A stretch of DNA of 42,996 nt, taken from NCBI RefSeq assembly GCF_006345805.1, contig NW_021835039.1, positions 1 through 42,996 of the forward strand. Direction: 5' to 3'. Position numbers and translations under genes: made by a program. Below, piece after piece: positions 32,484 to 42,996 of this stretch. This stretch comes from Octopus sinensis. Taxonomy: Eukaryota. How positions within the stretch are numbered: position 1 is the stretch's first letter; every line of letters starts with the position of its first letter. Under the pieces are notes generated by a model. The model was not told where the DNA came from. It ran no database searches and saw nothing but the letters and a program-made list of their open reading frames with translations.

Positions 32484-32612
32484 ATCATCACCACCACCAC
32501 CACTACCATCATCATCATCATCATTATCATCATCACCATCACAATCACGAGCACCAGCACCATTATCATCATCATCATCATCATCATCAATAGCAGCAGT
32601 AGTAGTGATAGT
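32484..32612. repeat. (CAT/CAC)n then (GTA)n degenerate trinucleotide repeat
   Basis: Directly visible. Confidence 0.9.
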
Positions 32613-33069
32613 GGTAATTAGCTGTTTCAATTGTTGTGGATAAGCACAGATCGAGTTATCCCATGAGATTACTGGATTATTTTTCTTTCTTTTTTTTTGT
32701 TTTTACTTTTGAATTTACGATATTTGGTTTTACAAGAGGCCTCTTGATTGGAGTAATTTGCTTGTTGTTAGTATACGTGACTTTGTTGTTGTTATTGTTG
32801 CTGCTACTGATGTTATTTCTTTGATGTTGTTAATCCGACATGTGATATGCTCTGGCAGTTATTGAGATTTTTTCAATTTATTTCATGCTCATGATACTAA
32901 TTATTTTATTTAGGAATGTCATGTATGGCCAGGGATGCAGCGAAAAAGAGAGTATGATTACATAAAATGTTTCTGTTTTATTTTTACATCTTTAAAGACT
33001 ATTTTTCTTTTCTGTTTATTTACTAGAGATTTATTTTCCCATTTTTTAAAATTTCTTACTGCTTGACAG

Positions 33070-33181
33070 ATATATTACGCTGGGGGCTGTTCACGTGTTC
33101 TTATTAATTTGTACATTTCAATTGTCTATTTGCACTCGTGTTCTTCACGAGATATTTTTTCTTTCTGGAACGCATTTTTAA
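33070..33181 (+). CDS. Candidate terminal coding exon (phase 2): YITLGAVHVFLLICTFQLSICTRVLHEIFFLSGTHF-stop, hydrophobic, possible TM helix
   Basis: Long pyrimidine tract ending GCTTGACAG; in frame after 31404-31482; hydrophobicity could also reflect T-rich composition. Confidence 0.25.
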
Positions 33182-33682
33182 AATTGTTTCTGTAGCTTTG
33201 TTTATCGTGTTTTATGCTGAAGTCTCTAATGCTAGTAATTTCACAGTTTGGTGGCAGCTGCAATTTTCTTGTTTAATCTCGTTGAGAAATCGGTTTTGTT
33301 GGAGATTTATATTCTGGTGAAGAATAAATAATATTTATTGTTGCAGTTCTTTAGCCTCAGTTCATCACTGATTTTGCTAGCCTAAGATCAAAATCATCCA
33401 ATAATAAACGGTTTATAGATCACGTTTAAATAAATTAACTATATATTTATATATATTTAATAATTATGTGCACGATAATGTTTGCATTCTACCCTTGAAA
33501 CAGCTGTAGAGTTTGCATACAAACTATGAAACATCTAAGAAATCTAATCTCAATATTCTAAAAATGTTGCAAAGAGAAATTTGTTTTAGATTAATTCCGT
33601 TTTCGTAAATTCATTCCATTTATCATTAGGACATTTCTAATAGTATATTGGACTTTTATGATATGCTAATAAGAAAGGTCGT

Positions 33683-33868
33683 AAGGTGGCAAGCTAGTAT
33701 AGTCGTTACTTCGCCGGAAGAAGTGGAAGTGCCGCTAAGCATTTCGTCCTGAGTTTACGTTCTGAGTTCAAATGCCACCGGGATCGAATTTGCCTTTCAT
33801 CTTAGGGGTCGATGTAATCGACTTACGCTCTCATCTGAAATTGCTGCCCTTATGACAAAACTTGAAAT
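33683..33868 (+). mobile_element. SINE family A with deletion
   Basis: AAGGTGGCAAGCT...TTACGTTCTGAGTTCAAATGCC...GATGTAATCGACTTAC. Confidence 0.8.
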
Positions 33869-34147
33869 TTTTCATTGAGTTCGTAAAGTCAGTTAACAAT
33901 AACATCTGTGTTCAAATTGTTTTTTTCTTTCACTAAGATGGTAGTATGTGATTTTATTGTTTTTAGGCTGTTAAGTTTAACCAATTGAATGAAGACGTGT
34001 GTGAAGGTAACTTTGCGCGAATATGTCATTTTTTGTATTATAGCCACTGTTTTTCGCTTACTTGGTTTGCATCATGGAGCAGTGTTCATGGCCTTTGCAC
34101 ATATTTCTAGACAGGTACGATTAATGTTATTAATATTCTTATAATTT

Positions 34148-34359
34148 AAGGTGGCGAGCTGGAAGAATCCCGGACAAAATGCTTCGCGGTAATTCAACCG
34201 TCTTTACGTTCTGAGTTCAAATTCTGCCGAAGCTGACTTTATCCTTCATCATTTCAAGGTCAATAAAATAAATACCAGTTTGAGTACTGGGGTTGATGTA
34301 ATCAACTTGCTCCTTCCGCCGAAATTGATGGCCCTGTGCCAAAATTTGAAACCAATATT
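34148..34359 (+). mobile_element. SINE family A, near full length
   Basis: AAGGTGGCGAGCTGG...TTACGTTCTGAGTTCAAATTCTGCCGA...GGCCCTGTGCCAAAATTTGAAACCAAT. Confidence 0.88.
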
Positions 34360-34364
34360 CTTGA

Positions 34365-34940
34365 ACCTTTACAAGTCAAAGTACTGGCGTGGACGGAATT
34401 CCAAGTAGAAGACGTTTTTGGCAGGAATGACAAGGTATAGGGATTAATGTAGGGCCTAATGGGGCTGAAGAAAGGAACAGAAAATGGTAATGAGTGGAGA
34501 AAGGACAAGTAGGAGAGGAATGCCGAAGAGTAGGTAGTGTGAGCCCCATCAAATCCGAGGAGATTAGATGACATTAGACTTTCGGAAGAAAATGTGGAGA
34601 GGTGAAAAGTAGACTTCTATTAGCAAGCGGCTGCGTTTCTGAATGTATTGATAGTGATTTGTAGCTGGATCTTATCGATATGTTCTAAGATGTCCAGGTT
34701 GCTGCAGCAGCACCGTCGAAGATATGAGAGCGTCATACCACAGTAGGTTTCCCTGAGTTTTGGAGTATCAATAATTGCGCGCGCGCTTGCGGTTGCGCGC
34801 GCGCTTGCGGTTGCGCGCGCGCTTGCGGTTGCGCGCGCGTGCGTGTGGAGTATGAAATACCTTCTCAACCTGAGGATAGGCGCCAGCCGCTAAGATGCGG
34901 TCATAGGTATATTCAGATTGTGCATACACCAAGAAAGATC
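34365..34940 (-). mobile_element. Decayed LINE (CR1/L2/Jockey-group) post-RT fragment
   Basis: Frameshifted remnants SHIFDGAAAAT...HIDKIQ and SFLPKTSSTWNSV resemble SHIW.GA...LD.IQ and SF.PRT..LWN.LP. Confidence 0.6.
34775..34838. repeat. 3.5 copies of 18-bp TTGCGCGCGCGCTTGCGG
   Basis: Exact units at 34775, 34793, 34811, partial unit at 34829. Confidence 0.95.
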
Positions 34941-35591
34941 CTCGGTAATGGTTAGACACAATAATTGGAGTAATTCTTATATCCCTGTGTGCTGCACACG
35001 ATTATAAACGATTATGGTATGATGATCACTTGAAAAGAATGAACCTTTTTGTTTTACGCAGGTATGCGCGTATATAGACGTGTGTTGTGCGTGCATACGA
35101 GTATGTGCGTATATAAACGTGTTTTTACTCTAATTGCTTACTTTTTACACTCTTTTTACACATATTTCTGTATCTTGCCTTTAGCCCTGTTGTGCATGTG
35201 CGTATATATAATCCCTTATCTTTACTCCCCCCACTCACTTCGTGGTCATTCTAATAGCTCTTTTGTCTCAATAACGGTCAATCACACAGTAATATCCCTT
35301 TGTTTAATGGTCATTTTCATAGCATATTTTTCGATGGCCCGATAACTGAAGGGATGGCGGCGTGGGTTTCCGCCCCGACATCAGAAACTCGGAGTCTTAT
35401 CACGGCTACCAAATAATTGGCATATATTATATTTACAGATGCACACACACACACACACACACAGACACACAAACATATATATATATATAGTTTTGAATAT
35501 CTAGCGTTCTTGTTATCTTTCATTTACTTGTTCACGTCTGGGCTACGAAAGGTCTTTGCATATTTTTGTTGGTCGTAATCATTCATACCAG

Positions 35592-35685
35592 TATGTAATT
35601 CCTGACGAAGAATCTAATTTGTATTTCATGAAAAGTCTTTGTCTTTGGAACTAATTAGACTCCGAAACACTTTGTAGAATGCATA
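35592..35685 (+). ncRNA. Predicted type-I hammerhead ribozyme with long helices I and II
   Basis: Helix I TATGTAATTC/GAATGCATA (9 bp, one bulge), CTGACGA 35602-35608, helix II GAATCTAATT/AATTAGACTC (9 of 10), GAAA 35664-35667, helix III ACA-CTT-TGT, GUA triplet, predicted cut after 35676. Confidence 0.7.
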
Positions 35686-35727
35686 TTGGTCCTGTTCCAA
35701 CTTGGATTGAATAGAATAAGTTCGTCT

Positions 35728-35993
35728 ACACCTGTGTCATCTCTTGTGAAAGGTAGGAGAGTCCAGTTTGCTGGACATTGTTGTAGAGCTGAAAAAGAAG
35801 TAATTTCTACTCTTCTCCTCTGGAAGCCATCTACTCGCAATACCAGAGGGCGCACACTCTCCTACCCTGATGTAATCTCCAGGGATACAGGCATCCAGCA
35901 ACAGGACCTCCGTAATGCCATGATGGACCGTGAAATCTGGCGTAGCATGGTAAATTCCATTGTCTCGACCACGGTCGAACAATGATGATGACA
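35728..35993 (+). mobile_element. 5'-truncated RTE-like LINE 3' end
   Basis: RRVQFAGHCCR...LLLWKP...RGRTLSYPDVISRDTG...AMMDREIWR is the typical RTE-type C-terminus; stop 35983-35985; (TGA)n tail. Confidence 0.88.
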
Positions 35994-35995
35994 CT

Positions 35996-36060
35996 TATAC
36001 GACGGGCTTCTTTTAGTTTCTTCCTACCAAATCCATTTCTTACCGCACAGCCACGCCTGC
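35996..36060 (-). mobile_element. SINE family B remnant with large internal deletion
   Basis: ATACGACGGGCTTCTTTTAGTTTC...ACCAAATCCA joined to CTTACCGCACAGCCACGCCTGCG. Confidence 0.7.
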
Positions 36061-36644
36061 GATATATGTGCTCATACATATAAACATGTATTTTGTATTG
36101 ATAGTGAACAACAGGATCCCCCTCCACTATCACACTTATTCAAGCTCTCTGTTTCTCTCGTTCACTCACGTTCTGTCTCTGCGATTCTTATTAACTACAC
36201 TGTAGCCAACACAACTACGATGCTTGCGCTGAGTTATTTCCTGTTACATTTTTAAGGGAGGAAAAGAAGCATTATTTCTCCACGCGAGCGGAAATTCATT
36301 TTGGTGATGTAGTCATGCCTATTTTGAACTACAGAACGATATATTCACACATACACACACACACAGCTTACACGTTTCCCCAAGGCTATATCAATAATTC
36401 ATAAGAAATAAATATTTTCTTTTACAAAAGGGGTAAAACATTAGCAATAATGTTCGTTCCGTTTCTTTTTACCAAGTTACTCAGTCTATATACACCCACA
36501 GTATGAAACAGTATGTCAGAAGAGTTGTTGCTTAGGTGCAACAGTCATAAATTTGCCCGTAATATTTTGACCAGCTATATGCAATAACCGGTTCTATACA
36601 TCCGGACGTCACCATAAAACTTTAACCGCCAAGTTATGTGTGAG

Positions 36645-36646
<2 letters not shown>

Positions 36647-36691
<45 letters not shown>

Positions 36692-36738
36692 ATATATATA
36701 ATACATATATACATATATATATATATCCATATATATAT

Positions 36739-36814
<76 letters not shown>

Positions 36815-36835
36815 ATATATATACATATATATATG

Positions 36836-36908
<73 letters not shown>

Positions 36909-36983
36909 TATCATATATACATATATACATATATATATATATATAATATATATATATACATATATACATATATATATATATAT

Positions 36984-37072
<89 letters not shown>

Positions 37073-37073
37073 C

Positions 37074-37104
<31 letters not shown>

Positions 37105-37230
37105 TATATATATTATACATACATATCTATATATATATATATATATATATAATATATTCTATATATATAATATATTATATATATTATATATTATGTATAT
37201 ATATAATATACCTACATACATACATACATA
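36647..37230. repeat. Long degenerate (TA)n tract
   Basis: Directly visible. Confidence 0.95.
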
Positions 37231-37369
37231 TAACTTTTTCTGCGTTGTAAGGATAATAATACCCAATTTTTCTGCTGTTTTAACGGCGATACTGCTTTCG
37301 AAATATTTTTTTTATTTGTCTTCTGTACCGTACGCTAAACTCCGGGTTAATGTGCAGTAATTTGTATAG

Positions 37370-37637
37370 TATAAGTAAATAAATGGAGTTGAACGCAGAT
37401 GCTATTCAAATTCTTTTTCTTTCGACATATGTTTCGAAGGCAACATTGGTTTTATTCCAAAGGAATAAACGCTGTAAAAAAATGCAATCTTCTCATCAGG
37501 AAAGAAAGAGAAGCATTCTTTGGGGGAATTGGAATATCCTTAAGCGAAGCGTCGATATTAAACAACTCCATTAGTGGTATGTCGAAAGTAAAAGAATTTG
37601 AATAGTATCTGCGTTCAACTCCATTTATTTACTTATA
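37370..37637 (-). mobile_element. 268-bp element with 60-bp terminal inverted repeats carrying a hammerhead (Penelope pseudo-LTR-like)
   Basis: 37370-37429 versus reverse complement of 37578-37637: 58 of 60 identical. Confidence 0.9.
37416..37507 (-). ncRNA. Canonical type-I hammerhead ribozyme (predicted)
   Basis: Minus strand TTTCTTTC-CTGATGA-GAAG-(long insert with 8-bp hairpin TTTATTCC/GGAATAAA)-CTTC-GAA-ACATATGT-C-GAAAGAAA: 8-bp helix I, G10.1-C11.1 pair, palindromic helix III, GUC triplet, predicted cut between 37424 and 37423. Confidence 0.85.
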
Positions 37638-38009
37638 TATATATATATATATATATATATTCTATATATATATATATATATACCAACTTAAACAGGATTC
37701 GAATAATCCTATCAGGTGGTGCTATTAAGTTAGACATGACCTGGACCAATCTTTGGTCGAAACATATCTAAGTTTATATATATATATATATATATGTATG
37801 TTTGTGTTTATATATGTATATATATATATATGTATTTATATATGTATGTATATGTATATATATATATAAATGTATGTATTTATATATGTATGTATGTATG
37901 TATATATATATGCAGTCATTTAACGAAGTCTGCTTAATCAGCTAACATCACCACTCAGCAAAAATTTTCTCATTGTGCTTACGTAAGAAAATATTTTATT
38001 CAGTTAAAT

Positions 38010-38090
38010 TCCTGACGTGCCGGGATTCGAACAGACTATGTTGGGAGGACTTTTACTAAGCGCCACACTGACACATTCAGCTGAGCACTA
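38010..38090 (-). mobile_element. Decayed tRNA-like SINE head
   Basis: Minus strand GCTCAGCTG ... GTTCGAATCCCGGC (A/B-box-like); no cloverleaf. Confidence 0.3.
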
Positions 38091-38841
38091 TCCATTCCAT
38101 TCTTTTATAGTTGCATTATGGTAATTATTTTTATACTACGGCAAAACACTTTGATGTAGCACTACAAATTTTGTTGTTGTTGTCGTTCTTGTTGTTTCTT
38201 CTTTCCATAATTTTTTATCAGACATCGTTGTTTTACCAACTTTTCCAATCCAATTCTTATTGTAGTCACACAGTCATAAGCTTTACAACTTATCATTGCT
38301 ATCGTTCCTTCATCTTGCTGCTGTAGAAATATTAGTATGCATTGTTTTGCCGTTATTTTTTTTCTGTCCCCGCTTTCCGTACATATATGCGTGTGACACT
38401 GTGTACATATGGCTGACTGTCCATATATACGCTTACATATATGTTTGTGAAATATATTTTCAACTCCATCGTTATTGTTATTCTCTGTCTCTTCACTTCC
38501 TGGTGCGACGTTCCATTTCTTGACTTTTCGTCCTTATTTTTCTTTTTCGTTATTGTCACCATTTTCATTTATTTTATTTTATTTTAAGACTTATATTTCG
38601 TTTGTTTCTTATTTTGTCTTCCTTCCTTCGTTCCTTCTTTCCTTTCTTACGTTTTCTTTCTTTTCTGTTCTGACTTTTTCTTTTTGTTTTTTTTTTGTTT
38701 TTTTTTTTTACTACGTTTCCCTTTTTCTTTTTTTTTGCTTTCGTAAATTTCTGTCATTTTCTTTATATTGTACTTTTGATATTTCATTTTATTACATTCG
38801 TTAGAATTTCCCCCTCTCCCAACTTTCTCACGCTGTCACGA

Positions 38842-38842
<1 letters not shown>

Positions 38843-38875
<33 letters not shown>

Positions 38876-38952
38876 ACACTCACACACACACACACTCACA
38901 CACACACTCACACACACACACTCACACACACACACACTCACACACACACACA

Positions 38953-38993
<41 letters not shown>

Positions 38994-39179
38994 ACACACA
39001 CACACACACGCACACACACCGCACACACACACGCACATCACACACCCAACACACACTCAACACACACACACACTACACACACACGCACACACACACATAC
39101 ACACGCACACACACACTCACACACGCACACACATACACGCACACCCACCCACACACGCACACACACGCACACACACACG

Positions 39180-39210
<31 letters not shown>

Positions 39211-39225
39211 ACACACACACACACT
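38843..39225. repeat. Long imperfect (CA)n tract
   Basis: Directly visible. Confidence 0.95.
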
Positions 39226-39887
39226 TCTTCCACACAAAAACACATACTGTCAGTTTTGTTAGCTTCATCTTTCGTCACCATTCATCTTGTTTATTCTCCA
39301 TGTTGATTTCCCTTTCCTCTTCACGCCATCTTTTGTTACCATCGCTATTCGCTGGATTTTCATTCTATAATCTACTTACATCCCTCACTCACTCTCTCTC
39401 TCTCTCTGTTTGTCTCTGTTTCTCAGTCACTCTCTCTCTCACCCTTTCTTTTATTACAAATTTTTTAATATATTTTTTTAGTTTCATGTTTATTTAATTT
39501 ACATTTTTCTTCTCGTTTATATTCATTCTTTTTATGATGTATTACACTTTCATCTCCAGCTGACATCTCATCTTCATCTACAACTTTCATCATCATAAGC
39601 AACAATGAAAGAAAAACACATATATATGCGCGCTCGCGCACACACTCATACACAGAAACGCTCCCCTCACCATCACCACCACATAGCAACCAATTATAAC
39701 AGCAAAATATCATGAAGCAAATAAATATTGATTTAATTCCGTACGAAATATGGGGGCCATTTTGGGAAATATTGACCGCCAGAAAGTTTCATAAGATTTA
39801 AGTATATGACTGGTATTTATTTTATCTTAGAACATTATAAGACTTGAAGCTGTTCGTAAAGAACATGGAACATTGATCAATAGACGC

Positions 39888-39934
39888 TTATATATATATA
39901 TATCCATTTATTTATCAATGTTCCATGTTATATG

Positions 39935-39966
<32 letters not shown>

Positions 39967-40035
39967 ATATATATACATGGAACATTGATAAATATATATA
40001 CACGCTGTCACGAGCACTCACACACACACGCACAC

Positions 40036-40080
<45 letters not shown>

Positions 40081-40142
40081 ACACACACACGCTCACACAC
40101 ACCCATATATATATATTACATGTATATATGTACATGTATACG

Positions 40143-40182
<40 letters not shown>

Positions 40183-40394
40183 ACGCAATATGTATATATG
40201 TACATATAGATATATATAAGTATATACGCACATCTATATATATATATACGCGTATATATATACGCACATGTATATATATATATATATATTATAATATACA
40301 TATATATATGTATATTATATATATATATATATATATATATTATATTATATACATGTATACTATATATGCATATATATATATGCATACATGTATA

Positions 40395-40430
<36 letters not shown>

Positions 40431-40460
40431 ATATATATATATATACACCTACATATATAC
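39888..40460. repeat. (TA)n/(CA)n mixed tract
   Basis: Directly visible. Confidence 0.9.
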
Positions 40461-40489
40461 ATAAACAAAAATATATCGAATCGTTTAAA

Positions 40490-41950
40490 CAAATATCTTA
40501 ATGAGTGTGAAATTCCGCCTGACCGATGAACTTTTCGAGATTGAAAATTAACTCAAAATCTCCAATGAAAAAGAAAGAGAAACCTGGGCAATGGAAAATA
40601 TGAAAAGAAATGGTAAAGCCGTCTACACGTTGGCAAAGGAGTCTACCTCGGTACGTTATAAGTTAAGGCCACTATTTGGTAAAAACGGCTCAATAGCTGA
40701 AGACCCAGGGAAGATAAATGAAGCACCAAATAAATAATTCCGAAGTGTTTTCACTTCTCCACTGGAAAATACGCAAATAAATAAGCCAAAGGATTTTTTC
40801 TGTGTAATGGATCTATTCGGAAAAGATGCAACTATCGATTACATCAACATAACAGAAGATGATGTAATATTGGCCATTGAGGAGATGAGATCAAACTCAG
40901 CAACAGGCCCAGATATACTCCCGGCTGTTCTCTGAAAGACATAAAAGTTTCTTGCAAAGCCACAGCAGATACTCTTTCGGAGTTTCCTTGCATGTGGTAA
41001 ACGTCCCAACTTGCTAAAAGTCCATAAAAGAGGGAGCATCTCTACAGGCCCATCTCTCTGACCTCACATGTTAGCAACTACAGGCTCATCTCTCTGACCT
41101 CACATGTTAGCAAGACAATGGAATGCATTTTCAGAAAAAGGCTGATCACGTTCCTAGAAGAAAACAACCTTCTCACAAACATGCAACATGGCTTGCGTCC
41201 AAGGAGGAGCTGCCTCACGCAGTTTTTGCAGCACTTTGACTGGGTACTGAAGCAACAGCTAAACCAGTCACCTGTAGACGTGATATACCTCGATTTACCA
41301 AGGCTTTCGACAAGGTTGATCATGGCATGATATGTCACAAGCTCCGAAACATTGGTATTACCGGGAAACTGGGAGAGTGGATGCATGATTTTCTGAAGGG
41401 CAGGAGTTAGACAGTTGTAGCCAATGGTGCTCACAATGAAGAGACACCAATTCTCAGCGGATTCCCAAAGTGAACTCTACTGGGGCCACTACAATTTGGT
41501 GGCCCTCTCAGACATGACCTCCGCGGTACAGTCAGCCTATCTGACCAGTTATGCTGACGACACAAAACTATCGCAGGCAGTTAGGAACCAAGAGGACATC
41601 ATAAAATTGCAGAAAGACCTGAATAAAATCTACAAATGGGCCAACAAAAATAACATGAGGGTTCAATGCTATGAAGTTTCAGGCACTCCACTATTGGTCC
41701 AACACCAAGCTAAAATCGAAATACACTGGACCAGAAGGTAATGTGATCTGAGAGTCAGAGACGGCGCTTGACCTGGGAGTTCACATGAGCAATGATGCAA
41801 CATTCTATGTGCATATTACCAAATGGCAACACTGTGCAGGCGACTTGTTGGATGGATTCTGAGGCCATTCAGAACTAGGAAAAGGGAAGCCCTGCTACCC
41901 CTATGGAAGACTTTCGTTCTCAATCGCTTGGACTACAGCTCCCAGCTATG
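40490..41950 (+). mobile_element. Decayed CR1-like LINE ORF2 (linker + reverse transcriptase), multiple stops and frameshifts, 3' end missing
   Basis: SATGPD, NYRLISLTSHVSKTME, QHGLRPRRSCLTQ, VDVIYLD/F.KAFDKVDHG, LGP, YADD (41550-41561), DLGVHM, RLDYSSQL; 36-bp tandem duplication at 41042-41113. Confidence 0.93.
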
Positions 41951-42409
41951 CGCTCATCCCCATCCCACTAAAAAAAAAAAAAAGAAAAAATGCCCGTATA
42001 CCTTCAAAATCATCTTGCTATGCCTTCGAATTAATTTTTATCTCTGTACGTGATTTCATTTACATTGCTTTCTACCAGCTTTAATTCCATGTACCCTTAA
42101 AATGTTCCCAATCCTTTCACTGAAACTCATTTTTATTTTTGATCAATATGTAAGAAACAAAGCCAATTGTTGCTATTTGTCTTCAATTAATTATAATATT
42201 AAAGTTAACACTTCTAGTGTGTGTCATGACCATTATCACCAGCACTTTTCCCAACGTTCATAAACTGTGAGAATTAACACTTCACCAACAGGCTGGCTGC
42301 CAACTAGAACAGATAATGCTATTATACATTTAAGAACAAGTAAGACGTCTAAAACAAATATAACTTCATATATTTGGTACAAAGGCTGACTACAAGAAAC
42401 TGTACCTCA

Positions 42410-42432
42410 TACACACCCATACACACACATAC

Positions 42433-42486
<54 letters not shown>
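42410..42486. repeat. (CA)/(TA)/(TG)n microsatellite
   Basis: Directly visible. Confidence 0.9.
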
Positions 42487-42488
<2 letters not shown>

Positions 42489-42683
42489 CCGCGTGAGTAC
42501 CGTTGGCGATTCTTTTCCTCCGTCTTCCTTTCTCTGGATCTTTCCTTGTCCTATATTTCTGACGAAGAGCTCCGCTCGAAACGTAAGACCTTCCTTCTTC
42601 CCTTCCTTCCTGAGCGTCCAATAATATTATATTTGTTTCACGTACTCGCGTTGTTGTGTTTTCATGTTTGGATTAACTTTAAC
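42487..42683 (+). mobile_element. Non-autonomous Penelope-like repeat carrying a minimal hammerhead (copy 2)
   Basis: Homologous to the reverse complement of 12866-13042. Confidence 0.8.
42556..42588 (+). ncRNA. Predicted minimal type-I hammerhead ribozyme
   Basis: TTT-CTGACGA-A-GAGC-TCC-GCTC-GAA-ACGT-A-AGA: helix I only 3 bp, palindromic ACGT, GUA triplet. Confidence 0.55.
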
Positions 42684-42996
42684 TATATATATATATTATT
42701 ATATATTCTATGGATGTGTTATAATATTATTCTACATATTCAATGACAGCCATACCAATAATCCAACATACCTCCTTCATCAGCTGCCTCGTGGATATCA
42801 TTATGGTTTCAACACCTGAGCAGTAGCATTCAATCCGTCGGTGTCAACAGCACTAAAATAAGTATTGTTTGAGAACAAACATATCAAAGAAACCACAACT
42901 TTGAAACACATTTACCATATGTATACACACACATGTCGTAAATATATACATACATACAAGCATGCAAACGTACATAAATATGTATACATACATTTA

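Noticed and set aside
1-42996. CRISPR array, rRNA, prokaryotic operons
   Set aside because: No regularly spaced repeat-spacer units, rRNA motifs or dense gene packing; sequence is eukaryotic repeat-rich DNA.

Overview
AT-rich, non-prokaryotic genomic DNA full of (TA)n/(CA)n/(ATT)n microsatellites and short retroposons. The repeat content resembles an octopus (coleoid cephalopod) genome; this is inferred from pattern recognition, not from a database search. No complete protein-coding gene, rRNA, true tRNA gene or CRISPR array is supportable, and most ORFs in the supplied track are microsatellite artefacts. Recognisable content: about 20 copies of a ~220-bp tRNA-type SINE (including a dimer and a TSD-flanked trimer), two other tRNA-derived SINE families, decayed LINEs (R4/Dong-type RLE fragment inside (TAA)n, CR1-like fragments, an RTE-like 3' end), an internally deleted mariner with intact TIRs, a Tigger-like MITE, a Helentron/HINE-like element and several fold-back elements. 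A chain of short, phase-compatible exon candidates on + suggests the window may be mostly intronic to an unidentified gene (low to moderate confidence). The most notable signal is seven type-I hammerhead-ribozyme folds in 43 kb, spread over five different non-coding repeat contexts; six have a palindromic helix III and all have a very short one, as known for Penelope-like elements and retrozymes. One is canonical and sits inside a 60-bp inverted-repeat element whose repeat begins at the cleavage site, and another forms the tail of a tRNA-headed (Pol III) SINE. Ribozyme activity is predicted from folding by eye and has not been tested.
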